Assembly: GCA_963836075.1 (NCBI GenBank)
Contig: CAWIIB010000009.1
Coordinates: 2,848,001-2,912,000, forward strand
Direction: 5' to 3'
Origin: an uncultured Acidobacteriota bacterium
GTDB lineage: Bacteria > Acidobacteriota > JAQAZP01
DNA: 64,000 nucleotides
In this document: positions 47,149 to 56,350 of the stretch, one piece after another
Numbering within the stretch: the first letter of the stretch is position 1
How the letters are laid out: each line of letters opens with the position of its first letter
Made by a program: the position numbers and the translations under genes
Notes under the pieces: model-generated
What the model was told of the DNA's origin: nothing
The model's input: the letters and a program-made list of their open reading frames with translations, nothing else
Databases searched by the model: none

Positions 47149-48802
47149 TCAGTCTATGTAGCCGAGATTGCGCAGCCGTTCCTCGACCTGTTCCTTCTCT
47201 TCGGGATTGAGCTCGTGCGCATCACCGCTGCCGCTGTCAACCGGTTCGGTGAAGCGCACCGGTTTCCGTTCCATCACGCCCGGCAGGTAGGCCTCCTCCA
47301 GCACCCGGCCGTCCATGTCGGTGGGCACCGGCAGGTCCAGCAGGTGGCAGATGGTGGGCGCCAGGTCGATGATCCGGGCGGTGTCGATGACCTCCCCCTT
47401 CTTGAAGTCCGGCCCGTGGGCCAGGAAGAGGCCGCGCATGCTGTGGGTGCCGCTGTAGTGGGCCAGGATTTCGCTGGTGGTGTCCCTGCTCATCCCGATG
47501 CCGCCGAAGTCGGCGTAGCGGTCGTCGACCCACTGCACGAAGAGGTCGGGCACCAGCGGGTCCATCAGGTCGGCGCCAAGTTCGTCCTTGCGAATCACGT
47601 TGGCCACCATCGGCTGGCCGTCCAGCGGCTCCTTGAGCGTGTCCAGGGCGGCGATGATCTTGCGGACCACCTCCTCGGTACTGCTCGCCGGGTTTGACGC
47701 AACCCTGTTCCTCGCGGCCTTCCACATTGATGTAGATCTGCCCGAAACCGCCGAAGGGGAAGGCCACGCTCCGGGACCAGTCCACGGACGAACCGAGGAG
47801 CATGGCGCTGCTGACCTTGACCCGCTTTTTTTGCGGTATCAGCTTGCGGGCCAGGTTGCGCAGTTTCAGGCGATTGATCAGTTTCAGCACGTTTTCCGGG
47901 GTGAGCCCGAGGTTGAACAGCGTTCCCCGGATCGATCCGCTGACACTCTTTTTCAGATTGAGCAGGCCGTGCTTCATGAACAGGTTGTCGAGGTAGACAT
48001 AGCGCCAGAAGGCGCAGGACCCGTGGTCCGACATCATCAGGATCGTGTCGTCATCGTTGAGTTTGGCCTTGATCTCGGCGATGGTCTGGTCCATCAGCTT
48101 GTAGTGGTCCAGCATCACGTTTCCGTACTTGGCCACACCCTCGGGGTCCTCCAGGGGGTACCCGGGGTCCTGGTGCCGGAAGAAGACATGGTTGAGGATA
48201 TCCGTCCCGCGGAAGACCACCATGAAGAAGTCCCACTCGTTGACCTCCATCAGGTGCAGCACAGCTTTCTGCCGCTTCCGCTCCACGTTCTCCACCACCT
48301 CGAGATAGGAATCCTCCTCGCCGATGCGGAATTTCTGGCTCCGTTCGATTTCATAGTCGAACCGGGAGAGCAGTTTCTCCTTCAGCGATGCGGGGTAGGT
48401 GAACTCGCTCTCGCGGCTCGGCGTTTCCAGGCCGGTGACCAGGAAGCCGTTCACCTCGGAGGGCGGGTAGGTGCTGGGGATGTTCATCAGACCCACCTTC
48501 TTCCCGTTGCGGGAGAGCAGGTCGCCGATGGACTCGCCCTTGATGTGGGTCTTGTTGAAGGGTTCCATGCCAATGGCCCCCTTGCGGCGGATCCAGGAGA
48601 AGAGGCCGTGGTTGGACGGGTTCTTCCCGGTGAGGAATGAGGTCCACGCCGGCGTGGTGACCGGCGGAATGACCGATTCCAGTGTTCCCTTTACTCCCTC
48701 TGATATCAGTTTGGAGAACGTCGGCAGGTGACCTTCGGCAGCCCACCGGTCCACGAAATCATAGGTGGCACTGTCCAGGCCGATGACAAATATCCGTCCC
48801 AT
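47149..48802 (-). CDS. Type I phosphodiesterase/nucleotide pyrophosphatase family protein, split by a frameshift at ~47677
   Basis: VIGLDSAT, PPVTTPAWTSFLTGKNP, D...H, SDHG; after the shift EEVV...PDL...SGTH..GLF..DLAPT..DMDG...EERLRNLGYID. Confidence 0.87.
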
Positions 48803-49007
48803 TGGCGGCGAGCACTCCTGTATTTGGTCGCTATTGGTTTTCGACGGGTACCGTGAGACCGTTCCGGTTTCCGGCCGTGAGACCTGGCAGCCCGGTTCCG
48901 TTCAGGTATTTACCGTCGCCCCGGACCAGTTCAGACGACGGTTCGATGGGCGGCAAGCGCGTCTGCGCCGTGCAGAATGGGAGAAGTAGTTCACATCACC
49001 TGAAAAG

Positions 49008-49589
49008 TCAAGGGACCACTACCACATCCCCGCTGTTGAGAAAAACGTTCATCTCCAGGTTTTTCCCCTTCTTGACATCGTTGTAGTCGAAGGAGATGGC
49101 TTGCTGCCCGCCGGCGGTGCTGCGGATGATCTTGATCTTGTCCGGGTTGGATATGGCCAGGTTGTCAAACCCGCCGGCCATGGCCAGCGCCTGCAGCACA
49201 TTCACCGGCCGCTGGGCACCGAACTCCCCGGGGTTGTTGACCTTGCCGATGACGTAGACCTTGTAGCTGTTGGCCTCCTCCAGGATCACGATGATCTGGG
49301 TGTCCGGCAGGTATTCCCTGAGCCGCCGGGTGATCTCCGACCTGATCTGGGGAATGGTGTAGCCCATGGCCATCACGTCACCGGCCAGGGGGAAGGTGAT
49401 GTAGCCGTCGGGTTGGACCACCACCTTCCGTGAATGATAGTCGTCCTTCCAGACCAGGATTTCCAGTTTGTCACCCGGGCCCACCCGGTAGAACCGTTCC
49501 CGTTCGGCCTTGCTTTCCCCCTGCTGGGCAAGGGCAAGACCAGGCACGAGAAATGCGATGCAGATCAAGATGGCAGTGAGTGAACGCAC
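49008..49589 (-). CDS. wza: Wza-like polysaccharide export protein
   Basis: YRVGPGDKLEILVWK, VQPDGYITFPLAG, VYVIGKVNNPG, ALAMAGG, GDVVVVP; RBS AAGGAG and GTG 49589. Confidence 0.92.
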   Translation of the reverse strand: MRSLTAILICIAFLVPGLALAQQGESKAERERFYRVGPGDKLEILVWKDDYHSRKVVVQPDGYITFPLAGDVMAMGYTIPQIRSEITRRLREYLPDTQIIVILEEANSYKVYVIGKVNNPGEFGAQRPVNVLQALAMAGGFDNLAISNPDKIKIIRSTAGGQQAISFDYNDVKKGKNLEMNVFLNSGDVVVVP

Positions 49590-49790
49590 AGGTACTATCT
49601 CCTTGAATCCGATTGACAATTCGTGGCCAGGTCTTACCTGCTGCCCGCGGGGCGCCACCGGCCGGGTATGCGCTTCACCTCGTCGATCCGGAATGTGGCG
49701 CAAGAGCATTTATTATATTGAAATTACCGAAAGTCGCAAGTTCTCCGGGCCCTCCCATCCCCGGGAGAGGGTATCGATCTTTTCGAACTG

Positions 49791-49799
49791 TGCTACAAT
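49791..49799 (+). promoter_or_regulatory. Candidate extended -10 promoter
   Basis: TG-C-TACAAT upstream of the beta-barrel gene. Confidence 0.35.
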
Positions 49800-49994
49800 G
49801 GCGATGATCAGAAAACAGGAGAGATGGTGGTGGACAGCACCCCGCCTCTTCCACACCCTAGTCTTATTCCAGGTGTATTTTTCATCGTGATTTGTCGACG
49901 TTGGGGCACAATCCGGACTGCGGGGATATGCACGTCACCTGTGCCCGGTGGCAGCCTGTCCACCATAGCCCGGCCCACCGGGACGGCAGGCCTG

Positions 49995-51284
49995 ATGGCC
50001 CTGCTGATGGTCCTCTTGTTGTTGCTCGGCCCGGCAACCGCGGTTCTGGCCGAGGATCTGGACGAGGGTGACGAAAAAGCGGATCGCGGTGCCCCCAAGC
50101 GGGTCCAGTCCATCGAACAGGCGATCAGGGGCAAGCGGCACCAGGGCCCCCTGTTCGTGAAGATGGCTCTTGCCCTGGAGCAGGTGGGCTACGATTCCAA
50201 CCTGTTCAATGACGAGGAGGACGCAACCGGGGCGTTCAGCATGACCCTGGCCCCGCAACTCGAGGTGATGCTTCCGGTGGGGGCGCACCAGCTGTTTCAG
50301 GCATCGGGCAAGCTCGGCCTGGTGGCGTTCAGCGAATCACCACCGGGCAACTATATCAACGTCTATGGCGGTGTGAGATACGACCTCTACCGCAAACGGG
50401 TCCATTTTTCGCTGACCGACCACTTCGCACGGGACCGGCGGCGGTTCAACGTGGAGTTCAACCAGCGGATCCTGATGAACAGCAACGAAGCCAGCGCGGA
50501 GGTTGCCGTGCGCCTGGCCAACCGGCTGCACTCCGGTTTCAATTACCATCTGAACTCGGTGCGCTTCGACAGCGGGGCCGAACTGGAAGATCAGCCCGGG
50601 CTGTCACTGTCCGAGATCCTCGACCGCGACGAGCACAAGGCCGGCTGGCGGTCCCGCTACGGCATCTCGTCGAGATCCACCGCCACGCTGGACCTGGACT
50701 ACACCGATTACCGGTTCAAGATGCCGGACAACATCCGCGAGTCATACGAGTGGTCCGCCTCCACCGGTATCGAGATCAACGAGCCGGCCGTAATTTCCGG
50801 TGTGGCGCAGATCGGCTACACGGTTTTCAGAGGCCGGGTGGTGGAGGACCAGGATTTCGACGGAGTGCTCTGGAACGCGGCCCTGACCTGGAAGATGAGC
50901 CAGAGGTTTCACCTGTTGCTGGAATCGAGACGGGACCGGGTTTTTTCTGCGTACACCGACAACCTGTATTTCCTGAATACGATCAACCAGCCCACCATCC
51001 GTATTCACCTGCAGGACCTGACCTGGCTCGGGCTGGGCTATGCCTGGTCCAACAGTCTCTACCCCGTGGAATCGATAGATGCCGGCACTGCGGAAGCCCC
51101 CAACTTCGTCGGCCGGGAGGACGAAATCACCGGCCCGGTGCTGACCCTCCGGCACCAGACGGGGAAGCAGGCGGGAAAGACCTACACCATGGGCATGGAA
51201 GCGCGCTACCTGACCCGTGAATCGAACGCGGTCAACAGCTACGAACGCTTCTTCGTCTTTTTCAGCTTTCAGGTGGAGCTGTAG
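49995..51284 (+). CDS. EPS-associated outer-membrane beta-barrel protein
   Basis: Signal peptide, GYDSNLF motif, alternating beta-strands with aromatic residues; divergent from wza. Confidence 0.75.
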   Translation: MALLMVLLLLLGPATAVLAEDLDEGDEKADRGAPKRVQSIEQAIRGKRHQGPLFVKMALALEQVGYDSNLFNDEEDATGAFSMTLAPQLEVMLPVGAHQLFQASGKLGLVAFSESPPGNYINVYGGVRYDLYRKRVHFSLTDHFARDRRRFNVEFNQRILMNSNEASAEVAVRLANRLHSGFNYHLNSVRFDSGAELEDQPGLSLSEILDRDEHKAGWRSRYGISSRSTATLDLDYTDYRFKMPDNIRESYEWSASTGIEINEPAVISGVAQIGYTVFRGRVVEDQDFDGVLWNAALTWKMSQRFHLLLESRRDRVFSAYTDNLYFLNTINQPTIRIHLQDLTWLGLGYAWSNSLYPVESIDAGTAEAPNFVGREDEITGPVLTLRHQTGKQAGKTYTMGMEARYLTRESNAVNSYERFFVFFSFQVEL

Positions 51285-51291
51285 CCGGGAT

Positions 51292-53274
51292 TCAGTCCAG
51301 ATACCCCAACGCCTTCAATCGCGCCTGGGTCGCGGCATCCAGTTTCTGGCTCTGTGCCGCGCCGGCTCCGGCAGCCGCGGCGGCGGCCAGTTCCTCGTCC
51401 AGCAGCCGGCCCAACTCGGCCACCCGTTCGGGGTGCATCTCCGACAGATCGAACTGTTCCGTCATGTCCTGATCCAGCTGGAACAGTTCCACCAGCGGCA
51501 GCCCGCGGACATTGCCCTCGGTGGCCCGGACCAGTTTCCAGCCGCCGGCGATCACCGATTGAAGCTCGGTGCCCCTGAACACCGTCTTGGCCGTGACCTG
51601 CTCCAGGGGCCAGGCCGCCGGTTCTTCGGTGCCCGTTTCAGGCGCTACCTCGCCCGGGTGTCCGGGAGCGGCATGGTCCAGGGCCGAGATCAGGTCAATG
51701 CCCTGGAAAGAGTCGGGAATGGAGAGGCCCACCTGACCGAGAATGGTGGCGGCCACGTCCACCTGCCGGGTCAGGTGGCCGATCTCTGAACCGGCCAGCT
51801 CATTGCCGGGAAGCTTGATGATCAGCGGGACCTGGACCAGCTCCTGGTAGAGTGTGCTGCCGTGGAACCAGCCCTGGTGGTCATACAGTTCCTCACCGTG
51901 GTCGGCGGTGAGCACGATCAGGGTGTTGTCGTAGATCCCCAGTTCGCGCATCCGCTGGAACAACGTTTCCAAACGCAGGTCGAGGAACGAGATCTCCCCG
52001 TCATAGAGCCGCGACACCTCTTCGGCGCGAGCGGGGCCAGGATCGGGCGTATCCACCAGGTTCAGTGCCTCGCCACTGTACGGATGGGCGAAGTAGGGAT
52101 CGTGGGGTTCCATGTACTGGACGAAGAAAAAGGTGGGACGGCTGGCCGGCGCGGTCTCCAGGCCGGCCAGCAAATGCTCGTTGACCGTGTCCGCGTCCTG
52201 GTAGAACTCTTGCACCCGGCTCTTCCGGCCAAACAACTTTCGCACCCGTCGCATCAGCCAGTGGCCCAGCAGTTTGCTGGAGGACTCGTCGGCAAGAAAA
52301 AGAAACTCCGGTGCGAGGTAGGTGAACTCGTTGAATCCCTGGTTGAAGTTGAACGACTCGTTGACGTTGATGTTGTTGACATACCCCACCGTCCGGTATC
52401 CCTGCCCCCCCAGCGCTTCGGCCAGCGTGATCAGCTCGTCCGGCAGCTGGTCGTTCAGGCCGTTAGTCTTGTGCGAGGCCGGGTGCAGCGAGGTGAGCAG
52501 CGAGGCGGTGGCCGGCCGGGTCCAGGAGGATTGGGCGATGTTGAGGCGGAAGAGGACGCCGTCGCGGGCCAGCTCGTCCATGGCCGGGGTCTCATTGCCC
52601 CGGTAGCCATAGCAGGAGAGCCGGTCGGCACGCAGGGTGTCGATCATGATCAGCAGGATGTGCGGGGCCGGGGTCACCCCGTCGGCGGCGGTGGGGGCGG
52701 GCCCCTGCGGTTCGCTGATTTCAGCGGCCGGCCGGCCGATCATGGTGGCGGCGAACAGCGACAACAGGACCACGGCCATCAGCGCCGCAGTGCAGCGGGC
52801 CCGGGGAAGCAGCCGGAACGGTTTTATCCTGGTCAGCGCACGGACGGAGAAAAACAGAATGAAAAAGAGCAGGATCAGCGCGGCCAGCACCAGGAGGTTA
52901 CCCCAATGGGGGAAGGGCGCGTTGAGCAGCAGGTCGCGGCCGACGCGCATCCGGCCCAGGATCGCCAGGCCTGGGGCAAGAACCAGTGCAAGAATCAACG
53001 CGTAGAGAGCGGCCCGTTCGCCGCCGGGCCGCTTGAAGACCTTCCGGCAGAGCCAGAGCAGCACGCCCATGGCCATGCCCGCCGGGGCCACCTGGATGGC
53101 ATAGAGCATGGCGGCATAGAAGAGGATTCCTGGGGCCACCTCGCTCCAGCTGTTGAACCACAGCCAGCAGCATTCGGCCAGCGCCAGCAACAGGCCGGAG
53201 AGCAGGCCGGCACTGAGGCCGGTCATCAGGTAGGTTATGAAAGATGAAGCGGCCGTGGTTTTTTGCGGGGGCAT
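51292..53274 (-). CDS. Membrane-anchored sulfatase-like (LtaS/EptA-like architecture) protein
   Basis: About 5 N-terminal TM helices, IDTLRADRLSCYGY, WTRPATASLLT, EPHDPY, YDGEI, ADHGE, ...QARLKALGYLD. Confidence 0.85.
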   Translation of the reverse strand: MPPQKTTAASSFITYLMTGLSAGLLSGLLLALAECCWLWFNSWSEVAPGILFYAAMLYAIQVAPAGMAMGVLLWLCRKVFKRPGGERAALYALILALVLAPGLAILGRMRVGRDLLLNAPFPHWGNLLVLAALILLFFILFFSVRALTRIKPFRLLPRARCTAALMAVVLLSLFAATMIGRPAAEISEPQGPAPTAADGVTPAPHILLIMIDTLRADRLSCYGYRGNETPAMDELARDGVLFRLNIAQSSWTRPATASLLTSLHPASHKTNGLNDQLPDELITLAEALGGQGYRTVGYVNNINVNESFNFNQGFNEFTYLAPEFLFLADESSSKLLGHWLMRRVRKLFGRKSRVQEFYQDADTVNEHLLAGLETAPASRPTFFFVQYMEPHDPYFAHPYSGEALNLVDTPDPGPARAEEVSRLYDGEISFLDLRLETLFQRMRELGIYDNTLIVLTADHGEELYDHQGWFHGSTLYQELVQVPLIIKLPGNELAGSEIGHLTRQVDVAATILGQVGLSIPDSFQGIDLISALDHAAPGHPGEVAPETGTEEPAAWPLEQVTAKTVFRGTELQSVIAGGWKLVRATEGNVRGLPLVELFQLDQDMTEQFDLSEMHPERVAELGRLLDEELAAAAAAGAGAAQSQKLDAATQARLKALGYLD

Positions 53275-53289
53275 GAAAAATATCTTCCA

Positions 53290-53919
53290 TCAGGTTGAGG
53301 CCGCCTCGGCGGCACGGTTGCGCCAGAGATCCGGGTCAACCGCGCCGGCCATGGCCTCCACGTCCAGCCCTAAACCAAGAAACTCTTCTATCCGTCGGGC
53401 AGCGGTCATCGGGTCCTGCTGCACTTTCGTGTAATGCTGGTAGAGTACGTCAAAACAGGGTCGCTGGTCGAGGATTCGTTTCACCTCGGCCAGGTGCTTG
53501 TCGTAGACCTTGATCATCTGCTGGTCGTCAACGTCCGATGTTTCGCCGCGGCGCTCGAGCATCCGGGCCTGGGACGCCAGCACCTCCGAGTATTCGCGGT
53601 GCACGAACAAGACCTTGTAACGGTTGTCGTCGGGCAGGTGCGGGAGCAGGTAGGAGATCACCTTGATCACCTTGCCCCTGGCGGACTTGACCCACGACTT
53701 GTCATCGCTCTTGTCCAGCGCCTTGACCCGCTCGTATTCGAAATACCCCTTGGGGTTGTCGTCGTCGGCAGCCCGGATCCCGTCCTGCATCACGTCCAGC
53801 CCGCCGGCCTCGAGCATCTTCATGCTCATCGATGTGCCGGAGCGGGGCAGGCCGGAAATCACCACGATGGGCTCCCCGTGTTTCATCTTGTTCAGAAACT
53901 GTCGAAGCGCTGCAGACAT
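53290..53919 (-). CDS. Sulfotransferase family protein
   Basis: PAPS 5'-phosphosulfate loop SGLPRSGTSM and 3'-phosphate motif R....VLASQ. Confidence 0.82.
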   Translation of the reverse strand: MSAALRQFLNKMKHGEPIVVISGLPRSGTSMSMKMLEAGGLDVMQDGIRAADDDNPKGYFEYERVKALDKSDDKSWVKSARGKVIKVISYLLPHLPDDNRYKVLFVHREYSEVLASQARMLERRGETSDVDDQQMIKVYDKHLAEVKRILDQRPCFDVLYQHYTKVQQDPMTAARRIEEFLGLGLDVEAMAGAVDPDLWRNRAAEAAST

Positions 53920-53951
53920 TACGATCCCCCTTTGATATTTCGGCTCCGTCC

Positions 53952-56055
53952 CTAGGTCGCCTGGGCCTGGATGGCGGTGATCACCACGGTGTTGACGATG
54001 TCGGTCACCGTGCAGCCGCGGCTCAGGTCGTTGACCGGTTTGTTCAGCCCCTGGAGCACCGGTCCCACGGCCACGGCATTGGCCGACCGCTGCACCGCCT
54101 TGTAGGTGTTGTTGCCGGTGTTCAGGTCGGGGAAGATGAACACCGTGGCCCGTCCGGCCACGCTGCTCTCGGGCATCTTGGTCCGGGCCACGCCGGCATC
54201 CACCGCCGCGTCATACTGGATCGGGCCCTCGATGGCCAGGTCCGGGCGCAGCTCCCTGGCCCGGCGGGTGGCCTCGGTGACCATTTCCACATCTTCGCCG
54301 CTGCCCGATTTGCCGGTGGCGTAGGAGAGCATGGCCACCCGTGGGCTGACGCCGAAGGCGGCGGCGGTGTCGGCGCTGGAGACCGCGATCTGGGCCAGTT
54401 GCTCGGCGGTGGGGTTGGGGTTCACTGCGCAGTCGCCGTAGACCAGCACCCGGTCGGCCAGACACATGAAGAAGACGCTGGAGACCAGCGAGATGCCCGG
54501 CCTGGTCTTGATGAACTCGAAGGCCGGGCGCACGGTGTGGGCGGTGGTGTTGATCGAGCCGGAGACCATGCCGTCGGCGTGTCCCTTGTGCACCATCATC
54601 GTGCCGAAGTAGGTGGGGTCGATCATCGTGTCGCGGGCCTGCTGCTCGTTCACGCCCTTGTGCTTGCGCAGCTCGGCGTAGGTGCCGGCAAAATCCTCCT
54701 GCCACTCCGACTCGGCGGGGTTGATCAGGGTCGCCCCGTCGAGGTTCACCTGCAACTTCTCGGCCCGGTTCTGAATCTCGGTCACGTCCCCCAGCAGGGT
54801 CAGTTTGACCACCCCGCGGCGGAGCAGCGAGCCGGCGGCGCGCAGGATCCGTTCCTCGCAGCCCTCGGGCAGCACGATGTGCCGCGGGTCGGCGCCGGCC
54901 TTTTCCATCATCTTGTGCAGGAACAGCTTCGGCGTGATCTTGTCCTCGCGCAGGGCGGTGATGCCCGAACGGATCTGGCGGTGGTCCACATGCTCGTCAA
55001 AGATCACCTGGGAGGTCTCGATCTTGCGGTAGCTGTGGGGCGTGATCTCGGAGACCACCCGGTTAACGTTGATCGAGGTCTGGTAGGTGCCGGTTTCCAC
55101 GGCCAGCACCGGGATATTCACTCCGCGCAGTCCCTTGATCAACTGGTCCATTGTTTCGGTGGGCTTGAATCCGCTGCTGAGCAGGATGCCGGCGATCTTC
55201 GGCATGCGGTTCGACAGCTGGGAGGCCATCAGGCCCAGCAGGATGTCCGCCCGGTCACCGGAACTGATCACCAGCGATCCGGGCCCCACCCGTTCCAGCA
55301 GGGCATCCAGCTGCATCGAGGCGATCTGGAAGCTGTAGACCAGGTTGTCGAGGTAGCGCTTGCCGTAGACCACTTCGGCCCCCAGCGCTTCGGCCACCTC
55401 GTCCATCCTCGGTTTGGCCAGGATGTCCTCTTCGGGGATGGCGCCCATGAAGGGAATGCCGGCGGTGGCAAACCGCTCGGTGAGTGTGGCCCGCACCTGG
55501 TCCAGCGTGCCGGCGTCCACCCGGTTGGCGATCACCCCCATCAGGTCGCAGCCCCGCTCGTCGAACTGCTCCTTGCTGATCAACGTATTGTCGAAGATGT
55601 CGCCGGCGGTCCGCTCGCGGCCGCTGACCACCAGCAGTACCGGGGCGCTGAGGTTGCGGGCGATGTCGGCGTTGACGTCGAACTCGAAGGCAGTGGTGGC
55701 GCCCTGGTAGTTGGTCCCCTCGATGAGCACGAAGTCGCGCTGGCTTTCGTAGTGCTTGTACTTGGTCAGGATCTCGTCCAGCATCTCGTCGTACTTGCCG
55801 GCGGTGATCATGTCCATGGCCCGGCGTTCGGGGACCCCGATCATCAGGTCGGGGTCGCAGTCGAGGCCGTAGACGTCGCAGATCAGGCGGACGCTGCGGT
55901 CGGTTTCCCCTTCGCCGTCGGTGCCGGCTCCGGCCGATGGGGCGGAAATAGCCCACCTTGCGGATCTCCCGCTCCAGAAAGGACATCAGTCCCAGCACGA
56001 TGGCGCTTTTCCCCGCTCCGGCCCCGGTGGTGGTGAGATACAGATTCTTTGACAT
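53952..56055 (-). CDS. pta: Phosphate acetyltransferase (long form with AAA_26 and DRTGG domains), split by a frameshift at ~55925
   Basis: N-terminal GKSAIVLG...YFRPIG; IEGT, GDRAD, IVLPEG, DGMVSG...TTAHT.RP, DCAVNP, GPIQYDAA, FPDLNTGNNTYK, DLSRG. Confidence 0.93.
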
Positions 56056-56231
56056 TTCAGGCCTCGATTAGCGCTTGGAAAACAATCATTAAAAAACCCT
56101 TTACACCATTGCCTCCGTACCCGGCAACCCCGAATCCCGGAAGAGCCGGAACCATAGCACGGTCCGATCCGGGGGTAAAGTGAATAATCGGATTTCTGCG
56201 GCAACAAATTGAGTCCCTTGCCGCTGCTTCA

Positions 56232-56261
56232 TTGCATCCCATTTTCAGTCCGCCATATACT
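56232..56261 (+). promoter_or_regulatory. Candidate sigma70 promoter for the slt operon
   Basis: TTGCAT-N18-TATACT about 90 bp upstream of ATG 56351. Confidence 0.4.
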
Positions 56262-56350
56262 CATCACCGAGGTCCGTGGGCCGGACCCGCCGTACAGGAA
56301 ACGCAGCCGGTGGGATCGGGGGCCGGAAACCGCGGCAGCAGGGAGTGGCC

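Noticed and set aside
53952-56055. pta and the other split genes as true pseudogenes or programmed frameshifts
   Set aside because: Each has a single local indel, fully intact motifs on both sides and no slippery heptamer; most likely artefacts.
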